Source: Massalongia carnosa
Lineage: Eukaryota
Length of the DNA stretch: 64,000 nucleotides
Direction of reading: 5' to 3'
NCBI GenBank assembly: GCA_965645245.1
Contig: OZ287076.1
Location: 1,674,001-1,738,000 of the forward strand
The notes below the pieces were generated by a model. That model had not been told where the DNA came from. It was given only the letters and a program-made list of their open reading frames with translations, and did not search any database. This document shows, piece by piece, positions 25,693-38,180 of this stretch. The stretch's first letter is position 1. Every line of letters starts with the position of its first letter. The position numbers were made by a program, and so were the translations under genes.

Positions 25693-26153
25693 GTGTCTAT
25701 ATGTTTTATTTCTTTCAGCCGGAGGGCTCCGTGTTGTAGACGAAGGAGACCCGTGTGATAGACATAGCTGACCCGTGTCGTACGTCTCTAGCTCTCAGCC
25801 GATGACTGCATGAAAGGACTTGAACCTTTAAGAGTATGATCGAACGTTGTTAACCAGGTCTATGAAAATCTTATTAACGAGATCTTTGAGAACAATATTA
25901 ACGAAGTTCCGCTGAACTCTTTTCATTCGTTTTGTGATCCATCGAAGTCTACCCGTGTCAAATCCACACCATGCCCGTGTCAAAATGCAATATTTTCAGC
26001 TGATGACTGCTAGAAAGGACTTGAACCTCTAAAAATATGTACTCCGATATTAACGGGGTGCAGATCTGCCTTAACGAGCCCCCGCAGAAACCCCTTCACA
26101 GGGACGTGTTATTGATTTGTGACTGTGTATTGTGACTGTGTGCTTTATGACTA

Positions 26154-28090
26154 ATCGTGTCAAGAAACTAGTAATCGAAGCGAGTCGCCTACTAGTGTCC
26201 GACACCTCAGTGACGCATACAGCTCAGTGACGCACTTTTCCCATTTTACCTACTATTTTACATACAATTTGTGGACAACAATGGTTATGTAAAATTTAAT
26301 TGACTATGACGCTGGTAAAACAGCTTTGCTTGCCTGGGCATAGATCGAGCGATTGCTCTATACTTTCGATCCAGGGCCAATTGCTTCTTTTCAGCAGCTA
26401 GTACGGCACGTTCATAGGCCTGCTTGGTCTTTTCCACCTCATTCTGAGTGCGTTTTGTAACCTTCGCCCGTACATCTCGAACGGTTATGACTCCTCCCTT
26501 CTGGGCCACCTTTCCATCAAGTTTTCGTCGTGCTGTCTTCGCGATGGACAACATCTGATTGGCCCGAAGGTCTCGCTCTGAAATCTGACGTGCATGAGCA
26601 CTGGAGATGGAGCCTTTCACAAATCGTTCCACATGACAGTCCCACTCGGCATTCAAAACATTGTACTTCTTCAGGCTTTTCCGAAGCTTATTTCCATATT
26701 CAACAACTTCTTTGGCTGTGGAAGGTGTTCTGGCGAGCAATGGAGCTGATGGAAGTGGGGGCGGGGTAGCAGGCCTACGGGTCTGAATAGCCTCTACTTT
26801 GCGGAGTACCACTTCTGGATTATAAGGCACCAGACCCGTGTTTCTGAATGAAGCTAGTATGGTAGTTGACGTGAATGTTTGATTTCGCATGTTCTGAAAA
26901 ATCGACAGAAAGTCGAGTTTATCGAAATCAGACCCTCCACCCCGCATCAGTTGATCAATAGCTTCGGAATGATAATGTTTGAAAGGCTGAAAACATTCTA
27001 CATCCAATGGCTGAGTGAGATGTGTGGAATGAGGTGGAAGACGAAACAATTCGATTTTGTTTCGTTTGGCATAGGTAAAAAACTCGAATGTCATATGAGA
27101 TCCATATCCATCCATGATGAGCATGCGCCATGCACCTACCTGCCCCTTTCGACTGTGTTTGTCGAAATGTTTCAACCAATCGAGAGCTAAATCATCATTG
27201 GAATAGGCGGTAGGACTGGTGGTCAGGAGAATATCATCATCCAAGTCATTGTGTTGGGCCCATTTCTCCAGCACCCATGCACCAGCGATTATGATCATGG
27301 GGGGAATATCACGCCCCCCTACACTAATACATTCACACGAGGTGATATATTCTCTATTGTCCGAGTCCGTCAACAGCAAAGACTTTCTAGAATGAGTTGA
27401 AACAACCCAATGAGCTCGCCCACAGCCAATTCGAAAGCCTGTCTCGTCCATGTTCCAAATATCCTCATCCGCTACTCCAAGAGCCTCGCGAGCAGCCCGA
27501 TATGTCTCGAAATATTCCAATATATCATCGACGTTGTGCGCATGTTTTCGCTCGACGGCTAGTGGTTTTTATTTGCGTTTGAGGAATTGAGGATGTCGAG
27601 TCAGAAAACGTTTGGTCCAGGCATTGCTGACGTGAGGAGAAGGAGTGAAAACGTCTGAATGAGCCTCTTGAAGTAGATAAGTTGCTGCCGCCCGAATCAT
27701 TGGAAGTCTGGCAGATTGTTCGGCTTGATCGAGCATTTTAATATATTCACAAAGAGCTAATTCTTGTTCATCAGACAAAGCTTTGTTGGGGGCAGAACGA
27801 CCAATTTTCGAACCACCTCCATTAAGTCTTCTCTGTAGATTACGAATGTCCACGTCGTACTCCAAAGCTACCGCGCGCACACTTCGAAAATCACCCGTGT
27901 CCCACGCGTCAATAGCTTCAAGAATTCGATTCTCCTTACTGAAAGATAAACTGGACATGATGTGGTGGAGTGATTACGTGGTGAAGAGTGGTAGGTAAAA
28001 TGGGAAAAGTGCGTCACTGAGCTGTATGCGTCACTGAGGTGTCGGACACTAGTAGGCGACTCGCTTCGATTACTAGTTTCTTGACACGAT
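26154..28090 (-). mobile_element. Second Fot1/pogo transposon, 1937 bp, nested in the chimera's 5' module
   Basis: TA TSD; about 100-bp TIRs starting ATCGTGTCAAGAAACTAGTAATCG. Confidence 0.95.
26285..27958 (-). pseudogene. Fot1/pogo transposase with one in-frame stop (TAA at 27569-27571, probably from CAA)
   Basis: HTH region, then KRK*KPLAVERK; WNMDETGFRIG, MDGYGSH, HSTHLTQPLDV motifs. Confidence 0.92.
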
Positions 28091-28106
28091 TATGTGCTTT
28101 GTGATA

Positions 28107-28565
28107 GTAATTCGGCTAAGGCGAAAGGTAATGCCGGGACCGAGTGGAGGCAGGCCGCGAAACAGCCGACGAAGGCTGAAGGCCGTGGATAGCCGAAGGA
28201 CCGAGTGGAGGCAGGCCGCGAACAGCCAACAAAGGCCGAAGGACAAAGGAGGATGATGTCCAAAATAGTTGGACAAACAAGGGAGAGAAAGGGCATAAAT
28301 AGGTGGCCTTTTGGCACTCTTCTCCTCATCATCACCAATGATTCGGAGTTCAGCACCAAAAGGTCTTTTGCCCACCCACCCACTCCCTGAATCAGCCGCA
28401 TAGGTAGATGGAGTTTTTCCCCTCACTGCTGCCAAAACAAAGCCATTATAGGAGGGGCCCTCAGCAAAACTGAGCGCCAGCAGGGCAGCAGCGAGGGGAG
28501 AGTTGCCCAAATATAGATAGAAATTATGTATATGTTCAGCTGACACGATGGAGCCCGCGAATTAC
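28107..28565 (+). mobile_element. MITE- or solo-LTR-like repeat, copy 1 (459 bp)
   Basis: 8-bp terminal inverted repeat GTAATTCG/CGAATTAC with TA flanks; about 61-bp internal tandem duplication; near-identical inverted copy at 40808-41205. Confidence 0.85.
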
Positions 28566-29081
28566 TATGTGCTTTGTGACTGTGCTTTGTAACTGTGTGC
28601 TTTGTGTCTGTGTGATTTATGACTATGTGTTTTGTGACTCTGTGTTTTCCTCGATTTTATTTAACAGGCCGGGCCTGTTAAATGAGATATTGTTATTCCG
28701 CTCCGTGATGGAGTTTTCTTGAGGTGGCTTCGCCCCGGTGCCTGTACGCGTTCTGTTGATTCCAGCTGATGACTGCATGGGAGACTTGAACTCTCAGGAG
28801 CTAGAACGCGTGTCAACCGTGCCCGGGTGGGGGGTGATGCGGCTCCTTTGGTCCACATCTTCTTCCAGCTGATGACTGCATGAAGGGACTTGAACCCTTA
28901 GAAGCATGGTGCAGGGACACGCGCATGCGAACCCCCCGGCGTTGGCCTTCGAATCCTCTTCCGTACGTACGTCTGCGACGCGTGTGAGCGCGTTAAATTA
29001 GCATTGTTTTGATGCGAAGAGATGGGAGCAAATCTATGTTTGACGGTTGCCCCACGATGAGGCCTTTGGCGTCTCCGTGGT

Positions 29082-29184
29082 GAGGACCGATGGTGTAGAA
29101 GGAGGAGGACCGATGGTGTAGAAGGAGGAGGACCGATGGTGTAGAAGGAGGAGGACCGATGGTGTAGAAGGAGGAGGACAGATC
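29082..29184. repeat. 23-bp tandem repeat GAGGACCGATGGTGTAGAAGGAG x4 plus a partial copy
   Basis: Directly readable; abuts the right TSD of the chimera. Confidence 0.95.
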
Positions 29185-29549
29185 GTTAGACAGCGTTAAT
29201 GCTTACTATTTTAAAGAAAGTGAAGGCCGGTCTAACAAAGGCCGGCCAGAGCGGTCGCTGCGCTGCGCTGCTTCAAACCCCCGATTTCAAAAAAAAAGTG
29301 GATATGTATATGGTGGTCCCTAACTGCTTCTGATGTAAACATCATTACATTCCCCATCAAGGAGATCAAGGTGCTGACGTGGAACTAGCCCGGGGCAGAC
29401 TATAGGCGTTGAAGAACTGTTCTTTTCCTGTTAAACTTGCTTTTAACTGATTTGCAGCTGAAACCTGTAGGATCTTCCTTTATTTCGATTAGCTGTTCTG
29501 GAAGTAAAAGCTAAAATTCTCATGTGGCTAGGAATATTCCTTGTACGTT

Positions 29550-31250
29550 GCCGCCCATCTGCGAAGCTTAGAGAGAAGTTGCTGTCCCGCCACCTTCATA
29601 CAAGGTTTTTAAGATCTTGGATGTTAAAAATATCAATTCGCCGAGGCTAGGGGTATCTGAATGAAGTGCTATCCGAACCAAATCGCTGTCAATATAGCTC
29701 CGCAAACAGAACCACAACTCTGGGCCGCATATAATATTATAGGTGGTAGCAGGCTGCTCAAGTCTTTCACTACCGTGGGGGTTGGATAGCCGGAGCAGCG
29801 ATTCCGATGAAATAGCGCTGGCACCAGACAAAACGTTCTGAGCTCCCGATAAATATTCCTGACTCATTCACCACTGTTAAAATTATTAAAAGCAAGTATA
29901 AGGTTGGGAGAAAGGAACGGGTCGGAACCATGAGGTTTACGCCGAAGATTTCAGCTAGCGGACGTTAAGCAATGCAAACTTAGAAACTTGGCGGTCAGCA
30001 AACATAGCTCTATCCGAAAGATGAGCTTATTTTTAGAGAGAGCGTATATATCAAGAGACAAACGAGGAAAATACATAGAAAGGGGAAATCTACCTTGAAA
30101 GGGGTTTATCAAGGTTCGAAATGCGAAGATGGATCACAAAGCCAATGACTTTCTGACAGAAAAAGGACGAGACCACTGGTACTTAACACACTCGAAGAAC
30201 TTTGAATGCTCAAAATCCCAGCCTCGGCTGAAATGGAAAACAGATTTGGTAATTTTGTCACTTCATGCCAGAATCTGACGTCTCAAGTAAAATTTAAGAG
30301 AATACATACTATCTCTTGTACTATAACATCAGAAATCCAAGAAAACCTAGTCGTCAACGCTTGATTAAAATCGAAAACCAAGTTCACGGTTTCTGGAATT
30401 GAGCCGGAGAACAAAATGCGATATATTCGAGGCACGAGATATCTCTTGCTATGCCTTAACCGAAAGCCTCTCCTCAAAGAACTGGGGAAAAGGTTATCTG
30501 TCAGTCCTGTATAGCGGTTCGTCAATCCTTGCCAGGAACTAGAAAATTCCAAGAATCTGTCAATTTGACTGAATATTTGGAACCTGAAACGGGGGTTATC
30601 GCTCCTATGCACTTCAAGTTCCGGATAGGGAGGCAGGATACTCCATGTTATTTCATCAGAGACAGTTTTACCAGAAGATGGAATCCCAAACTTTTTCTAG
30701 TTGCCGACCGAAGCTGAGGACGGGAAAGATAAGCCCCGAAACCTTTTTTTGCTACAGTGGAAGAATTCGAGTTCAATAGATTTCTTTGGCGGTTTTCAAG
30801 GCTTCTAAGCTTGGCAAGCTGGTACGGATGGAAAAATTTGTTATGCAAGCCCAAAGACAACGATATATTTTAGCACCCTGATCCACCCCTTGCTTCACTG
30901 TCCTTGCAGCGATTTGAAACCACAACAATAGCCCACTTGGCCTCATTGAATAATTTCATCGGCGATGCTGATACCTGTCGGTTCCCGTATGAGGGAGCAC
31001 ACGAGTGGGCACCATCTTTGTTTTCACTATGCGCTAGGCGCATTGGAGGGAGAACAGGCTAAAGATGTTATTGTGTGGCTCATTAACTGATATAGAATCA
31101 AGACACAAAGGACGTTCGGGAGCTCTGTAGCCGAGCATAGGATGTATGGAGACATTTCTGAGGATTCCAAGCAGCGAAAACAAGTCCAATTTGAAGAAAA
31201 CTTGGGTGATTGGATAGCATTTATAAATCTCTTTAGTAGCTACTAGATAT
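29550..31250 (-). pseudogene. Decayed DUF3723-like gene (Starship-associated family)
   Basis: Collinear fragments in shifting frames: CFRCLESSEMSPYI, YGNRQVSA..LFNEAKWAIVVV, FQIFSQI, LFPSSLRRGFRLRHSKRYL, LLRLSNPHGSE..GPELW..DTPSLGEL. The order matches DUF3723 motifs as I recall them. Confidence 0.55.
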
Positions 31251-33832
31251 CAACGGTGTATGAAGCCCATTCGCCTAGCTACAAAGAACAACAATAGGGG
31301 TTGGGAAATTTAAGAAAATTCTTGGGTTCCCGGCCCCCACCCAACAAGCTAGGGCGGATGCACACTTGAGGTGTGCAGGCTACAAGATCTTCGTTGTACC
31401 TTTTCATAAGGCACGATTCTTGAGCTGCAATTATTTGAAGAGCCAATCGTCCCTTAGTCGATGATTCTGTTACAGAACAGCTTTTCAAACTCCTATAACG
31501 AGGACCTATAAATGGCGCTGAATATAGACCATAGAGTTAGAGATAGTAATCCTTCAACCCCTCTCTCCAATAATGGTAGCCCTAACGACTTCATTCTCAC
31601 GTGACATTCGTTCGATGAAGGTCTACTCAAGCATAGTCTTGTTAGGAGGAAGATCAAACGAAACGAGGTTAGTCCCTAAAACTTGGATTTCTTATCTCTT
31701 TCCGAAAGTGTCTGACTACTACTTAGCATAATCCCACCAGCAACTTGCACAGAAGTAGTAAACCACCTACTCCAGCTTACGTTCTTCAGTGCTGACTATG
31801 TGACTGTTGCACGTCATATGAAGTCTCAGGCTGCATCTCAGACATACTACATGGGCTCTTCATGCTTTGAGACGCTGGCGCTGTTGTCTTTTCAATCACA
31901 AAACAACCTCTCGCAACCGTGGATTGGAAAAATTCAGCTTGCGGCTGCAGCTACGATGCTTCTGACTTTGAGTTCAAGTTGAACCCTCATATTTGCAAGG
32001 CACTACTCCATCTTAATTGTTGAAGGTCTCAGAATAATCCTAGGAATTATAGCAATCTATAGCTTGTAGCTTACTATAATTTTGATTCCGGAACAGCCTT
32101 TCAAGACATCTAAAGTGTTTAGATTAGGCACCTGCGCGGCAGTCCGGATGCTTAAGGAGCTTCAGGCATCGATATAACAGGGAATGAAACAGATATAACA
32201 GTTAAGGGGTAGAAACATATCCTGAGTCCTCCCCTATGGCCACCTTCACGGTTAGCCGCTAATCCTAGACTTGTCTAGAAAGAAATGTGTCATTCAGCTG
32301 TATCTAACCATATGGATTCCGGCCAGAACGATAGAGTATGAGGATAAATTCAGATGTAGAGTCTCTTGGAACAAGTGGCATCCTAGCCTTTCTTATGGCT
32401 AGACTCCACACCCATACGAAAGCTTTCGAGCATTTCTAAGAACCGCGCTGGCATGAACGTATAACCTCAGAAGATAAGGCTAGTAGATTCACAGCCAGCC
32501 GACCGGGGAATCCTTAAGAAAGCTCTCATTCACCTCCTAGGAACCCTCTAAATATTAATAGAATAAAACGAGCTATATACGCTGATATCGTTAGGTTGTT
32601 TTTTCAAGATTTTTCTTCAGTCCTTAGATTTCAGAATTATATTCCGTTGCCGCCGCTATTTGTCACCTGCTTTCAAGGAGTTTTCGTGCTGAAGCGGCCT
32701 ATCTTTCAGTTCTTGTTTTATAGGGCTTTTCAAGCACCAAGTTTTAAAAAATGTAAATGGGACTCATTCCTTTTTCATAGCAAAACAAGAAACCGAATCC
32801 GATGGGATTCTTGCATCGGTTTTATGGCAATTCGGAAGAAGGCTCCACCTATTGTTGTTTCAATACAACCGTAAACCCGTCGGAGCGTCTGATAAGTAAA
32901 GGAGCGGTCGAGATGAAGTCTTCTAAAGTCAATAGCGGATAGTATATCAGGTTCTCGAACACTAGGACTAGCATAATACCTATAATTAAAGAAAAGCCAA
33001 TACACACAAGATGAGCAAGCGCGGAGAACTTGACAAGATATGATTAATGTAGATTATCGGAAGAATTTCACCGCAGAAAACCCCCATTAACGCTATAGCT
33101 CGTGAGACCAAGATAATTTATGATAGCTGCATTCATTCGAATACTGCATAGTCTTTGCGAAATGTCGCAGTATTCTCGTCGTTACCGCGAAGCCCTGGAA
33201 CTGGGCGGCAAATCGCTTTCATACGCACGTGATGTTGCTAACTATCTGCGTCTAACAGAACATTATCTATTACGACCTCTTAAGACAGGTCATGCAGGGC
33301 ATAAGTGCTTTAAAATGAACTCCCTAGAGATAATTAGGACTTTTCAAAGAGAATTGAAGAAATGGCTGCTAGGAGCTCTGTTCGGCTTCTTAACAAGAAA
33401 GCCGCCTCTAAGAGCCTATTGTCTTTTGAATGAGGAGAAAAGATGATCACCCTCGTGATGCGGGGACGCTTGGAAGTTTTAGATCGTATATTTCTTTGAA
33501 TATGATGCTATTATGACAGGGCGAGATTTTGAAGTTATTCACCGACTCACGACTGATGCCGCGCCGATTTGGGGTAGACCCAAAGTCGTATTTGCGGCCT
33601 ATCTTTGGTTTTTTTTAAAAAGAGTTTCAACACAGCATTAATTTATATCTCTGCAAGGCTATTAACAACCTTCAAAATACTTGTCAGATCTCTGATAACT
33701 TTGTTCTCTATCGATTCTCCTTCTCAGCGATAGATCTGTAAGGTAACTACGTTCTTTCTTCAAGGGGAAGGGGAAGGGGAAGGTGAAAACTTGAACGTAA
33801 AGAAACCTGCTAAATGATACTAACAAACCGCT

Positions 33833-34506
33833 ATGACGTCGAATAATGCTCCCTCGCCACTTGGAGTACTGGAGATGCTTCCAATTGAGCTTCGTACCCA
33901 TATCTACCACTTTCACCTAATATCAAATATTTCTTTTCTTCTTCTGCCGGAAGGAGGGCCAAGTGGCCTTAGAACCCATCTGGACCACTGTCCCAACCCT
34001 CCTGATGACCATGCTGTCAACGCACGAGATCGAACGATTAGCTGTATCACTCAGGCTTCATATAGGAGAACAACAATAAAAAACCCATTCTCACGGCTTT
34101 CTTTGGTTGCTGCTAGTAAGATGATCTATCAAGAAGCGGTACCAATATTCTACAAGTACAATTGTATCATCTTCAGCAACGTATCTTTACTAGACCAATT
34201 TATACTCGATTGCCCTAATCACGTCTGTTATCTTGGCAAGTTTTGCTTCCAGTTTCTAAAGTTTCATGCCGGTTGCGAAGGGCTTTTTACCCAATGTCTT
34301 AGAACCTGTGAGAAGTGGGCAACTCTGCGAGTTGGATTTGGTGGCTTGTGTACGATTTAGAGGTGAATACCTTGGCCGCCACCATGACGACAATGCCACT
34401 TCTCGGATTTCAGGGGATGGTAATAGTGGAGTTCCAGACGAAGCACCTTGATATCATGACATGTATTCCCATGATTCTCTTACCAAATAAATGCTTGCAG
34501 TGCTAA
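33833..34506 (+). CDS. Hypothetical protein with an F-box-like N-terminal motif, possibly a pseudogene
   Basis: LEMLPIELRTHIY...LSLVAASKMIYQEAVPIFYKYN pattern; frame breaks at 34360. Confidence 0.5.
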
Positions 34507-37500
34507 AGATCGAATGGAGGAATTTTCAGTTCTATCGGTGCCGCTCTAGCCTGGCGACTTACCTATCACATTCATCTCTCTCTAGCGTGAGTTCATTCTC
34601 ATATTCTACTACTTTACGAGAAAGATAATTTGTGAAAAGAATATTGTTTAGAGTAGAAAGAGAGACTAACGGAATCTCAGGGTTTTACTTCGAAAGATTC
34701 TGATAATAATGGAAGTAAGCGAATATTTAGAAAATTATCTTTTTTCAATCATACTATGATATCAAACATCTCCATAGGTACTCCGTAGACTTGAACGTTC
34801 TTAGAAAAGCTGCTTGTCAAGTTAATGATGTTTCCATTCAAATCTGTACCTGACCTTGTAACTGCAATTCGAGTCCTTTTAAGTCCTTAAGGAGAGATTG
34901 TAGAGCCACGAAATTGCCACTGTTGTACAGCACCTAGAAATTTGACCCTGTTACTATTCCCTAATTACAAGCAAATAGTCAAGCTAACATGTTGCACAAT
35001 ATTTGGTTATATATAACCAAGTTGCTCACTATTAATAGCTACGAATGCCGTCAGTGTAAGAGCCTTAACTATCTATAATGCTCTAGGTTTTATGGCTTCT
35101 ACATGATGAATTATCACAAATACAAGATCTTATTCTTCAAATATTCCGGAAGTGAATGGCTCAGCGTGAAGCCTTCCTCGCTTCTACCGTTCCATTGGCG
35201 AGCTTACCGCATGCTGTGTGCTGTTTCCTCCGATCATCCCATGAAAGCGCTTTCTATTTAATATACCGGTTATCTTTTCACAAAAAAGGCCCTCAATGAT
35301 AATTTCTAGCCATCGCCCTGAGATTTTCTTTTCTTTTGGCTGTTTGGTTTCGCTATATTCCATTACTAGTTTCTGACAGCTTTAGTAAAGAGAAGCTTCT
35401 AAGTTTCTTTGCTTACATTAGTCACATCAGCCTCCGGAGTTTTACATAGCAATTATATCCGATGGAAGCTACGAGTGAAATTCTTGTTACATCGAATAAT
35501 ATCTATATCAGAATTGATTTGGTTAGTCAGTTTCATCGTATTATTCCTTACAAAAATCAACGAAGCAGCAAATTAAAAAAACGTAGGTTGGAACATTAAT
35601 AGAGCAAACCAAGATTAACCAGCTTTAGCTCTTGCTTCGTTTCTACCGTCAGATCTAACAGTCGTTCTGCCTCAGCTCCCGTATGTTCTATAGATGTGCG
35701 ATGCCTCGCAGAGTATACTTTGGTAGCGCCTATGATATTCTACTAATTGGGATCCGGAGGCTTAGGAAAAGAATTCCGCCTTTCTTGCTAGTGTTACACC
35801 GGATGGAGCTATGGGTTCATGCCGTCACTTGAGCATAAATCCCAACTTTTCTCTCTAAATCTCCATACTCTTTTCAATTCAACTTACAGTTCTGATATTG
35901 CCATGCTTTCATTCAAACGAACTAGTAGCATTATTCGATTTTAACTAGGTAGCCGCTTTTTCTTTAACGAGACTGGGAGGAAAACCTTCGCTAATTAAAG
36001 CTTCACTACTCAATGTCGGCATCTATCTTCGAAAAATTCCACCAACCTCCTACCTTCTTTCTACTGCTCTCCTATCTTTCTATGGCTAAAAGGAATGTTC
36101 GTCAATAAGCTACGGCTAATATTCATAACTTATCGCGATATCGACTTCAGCCGCATTAACTATTTGAGAAGGATATTCAACTGCAAAGTGAAGCAGTGTA
36201 TTCTTATATTACATTTCTTCTATCCTCAAAATCCTCCGAAATGAAAGTTCTGAGCAAGGTTTGCAAGTGAGAATGCGCATTTGGGTGGCATCATATGTTT
36301 CGAAAAACAGGGAGTTACTTACGAAAATGTATTTCTGACGAAGATTGGATCGTGATAAAGAGTCAATAGAAAAACATGCTGCGTCAGTGCCGTTTTTATC
36401 CAGCCACTGCTTTTAATACTGAGACTTTTCGGGTGGCTTTTCATAAGCCACTAAGTATGTTCTCGTGCTCGGTTTGCTTGACCAAATCCATAAGGAAGCT
36501 CTTTTAATATCAATGCCGCGTATTACTAGGCATATATATCTCACAAAAAGGTATAAACATATCAATCATAAGTTTTCTGCTTAGATGCTGCCTTAATACG
36601 TTTACTGAATATAATTATAGTACTCCTAATTTAATTACCTCACGACACCGAAGCCGCTTTCGATATCTTATTATGACGCTCCAAAATAATGTTTATTCTA
36701 TCTCCCCAACATAATCTCCACTTAATTCAATAAATAATTATCTCCTTTAGAAAAACAGTCCAGTTCCAGAATTATTCATAACGATGCTCTCCCCGTTTCC
36801 TCCTCGAAAGGCAGGACCGCCATTCGGTAAGCATGGCTTCCTCCCGTCTGTAATTCGAGTTTCCAATATGAATGGTCCTCTGAAAGCAAGCTTTGTTAAT
36901 TCGCTTCTTTTTTTTTTGCTATTCAACTCATCAGCCCGCGGATTGTACCTTCGCTTCCAGGAGCCAGTTTCTTAGGTGGCCCATCTTTCAATATGTATCT
37001 CTGCCAATATTTTGCTGCATTCATCTGAGGTTCTTATACTGCAAAATCAAGTGGAGGTGGAATTGAGTATTTTTGAAATCTTTGTACGGCTTTTTTTGAC
37101 CTATGCCATGAATTTTTCGCAACATTGAGCGAAACTCTTGACAATTTCCCTACAACTTCAATTAAGCTATCGACTAGTAAATCTGGGATGAATAAATTTT
37201 ACCGTCAATTATGAGAGAAAATATAAAGTCAAGAGCACACGAAAGAAAATCCCTTCTGAGGGTTCAGAATTGCATTAGGAGTCTCCAAACTTCTTCCAAT
37301 AAATCAAAATTAATTTTGGAGGAAGTTTGCAGAGTTAGAAAGAGCTCCTCGCCATTAAGCTAAAAATTCTGATATATTCAAGAAAATATAGTTGAAAATT
37401 AACATCATGAAGATTGTGCTATAGTTCTCATACCAACTTTTCAATTCCGTGCTTTTTTTCTTTTCATATATTACTTAAACTTGATTACTTATCGTTTACA

Positions 37501-37789
37501 TACGCTTTTGAAAACATCATTTATATGTCACAACGACTGACTTGTATATCACTAATGAGCGGACAACACAATGGATCCGGATATCACAACCCTAAGAAAG
37601 TTGCCCTAGGCACCTTTTGAAACTGTTTAGTCTTAACGAAATCCATCGTCTGACCTTGATTTGATTTTAAAAGGCCGACCCGTTTCAAAGTTATTTGGTG
37701 GAAAAAACCCAAGAATTTCCCTGGAAAATGTCTTGGAACAGGCTGAGAAGCCCCAACAACAAGCTCCTTACGGGAAAAAATGACTAAGC

Positions 37790-38180
37790 TGCGTAAGGGA
37801 GAGATACCCCATCTATAAAAAAGGGCTATGTGCATTGGTAAAGTTCGTCACGAAACACGACTACTTCTGAAAGCATCTCGTCAACATGGCCGTAATCCAC
37901 ACGGATTACAAGCCTCTTGTAAATTTCCTAAAGTCTAACATTCATGAAGGCATCTATAGACACTGGGCCGACAAACTTAGAAGACTGAATATTGAGATTA
38001 AATATATCCCGGGCAAACGGAATAAGGTAGCAGATGGACTATCTGGAACGCTCTTCTTAGAGGAGGGTTGTTTCCGGATCAGGCTGTTCAAGAAGCAAGC
38101 AACCGACTGGCTGTGGATGGACCATAGTGGATATGGAAAGATGGAAAGACTGGGATTTTTGCACTGGTACTTAACCTAAC
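37790..38180 (+). pseudogene. Ty3/gypsy pol RNase H fragment
   Basis: ERYPIYKKGLCALVKF...VIHTDYKPL...WADKLRRLNIEIKYIPGKRNKVADGLS. Confidence 0.85.

Larger units (their letters stand above)
20693..29184 (-). mobile_element. Chimeric non-LTR retro-insertion: non-coding 5' module fused to a 5'-truncated Tad1-like LINE, with three nested insertions
   Basis: (GAT)8 tail at 20693-20716; TSD GTTAGACAACGTT (20680-20692) vs GTTAGACAGCGTT (29185-29197), 12/13 identical; LINE coding sequence stops at about 24975. Confidence 0.8.

Noticed and set aside
28073..28546. 157-aa ORF and its 143-aa twin at 40827-41258 as real genes
   Set aside because: They start at non-ATG codons, lie within the repeat and run out of it into different flanks.
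25796..28899. Hammerhead ribozymes from the repeated CTGATGA...GAAA on the plus strand
   Set aside because: No stem II, GAAA is missing in two of four copies, one copy has CCGATGA, and the G-U pairing favours a minus-strand T-arm/B-box reading.
28975..29002. Helitron 3' end (ACGCG hairpin followed by TTAG)
   Set aside because: No CTRR end at an A|T site, and it lies inside the TSD-bounded chimera.
24975..29184. Telomerase RNA, given the ~1.8-kb size
   Set aside because: No TAACCCTAA-type template on either strand.
29082..29184. CRISPR-like array; also considered for the 18-mers at 16962-17051
   Set aside because: Head-to-tail repeats without spacers, in a eukaryotic context with no cas genes.
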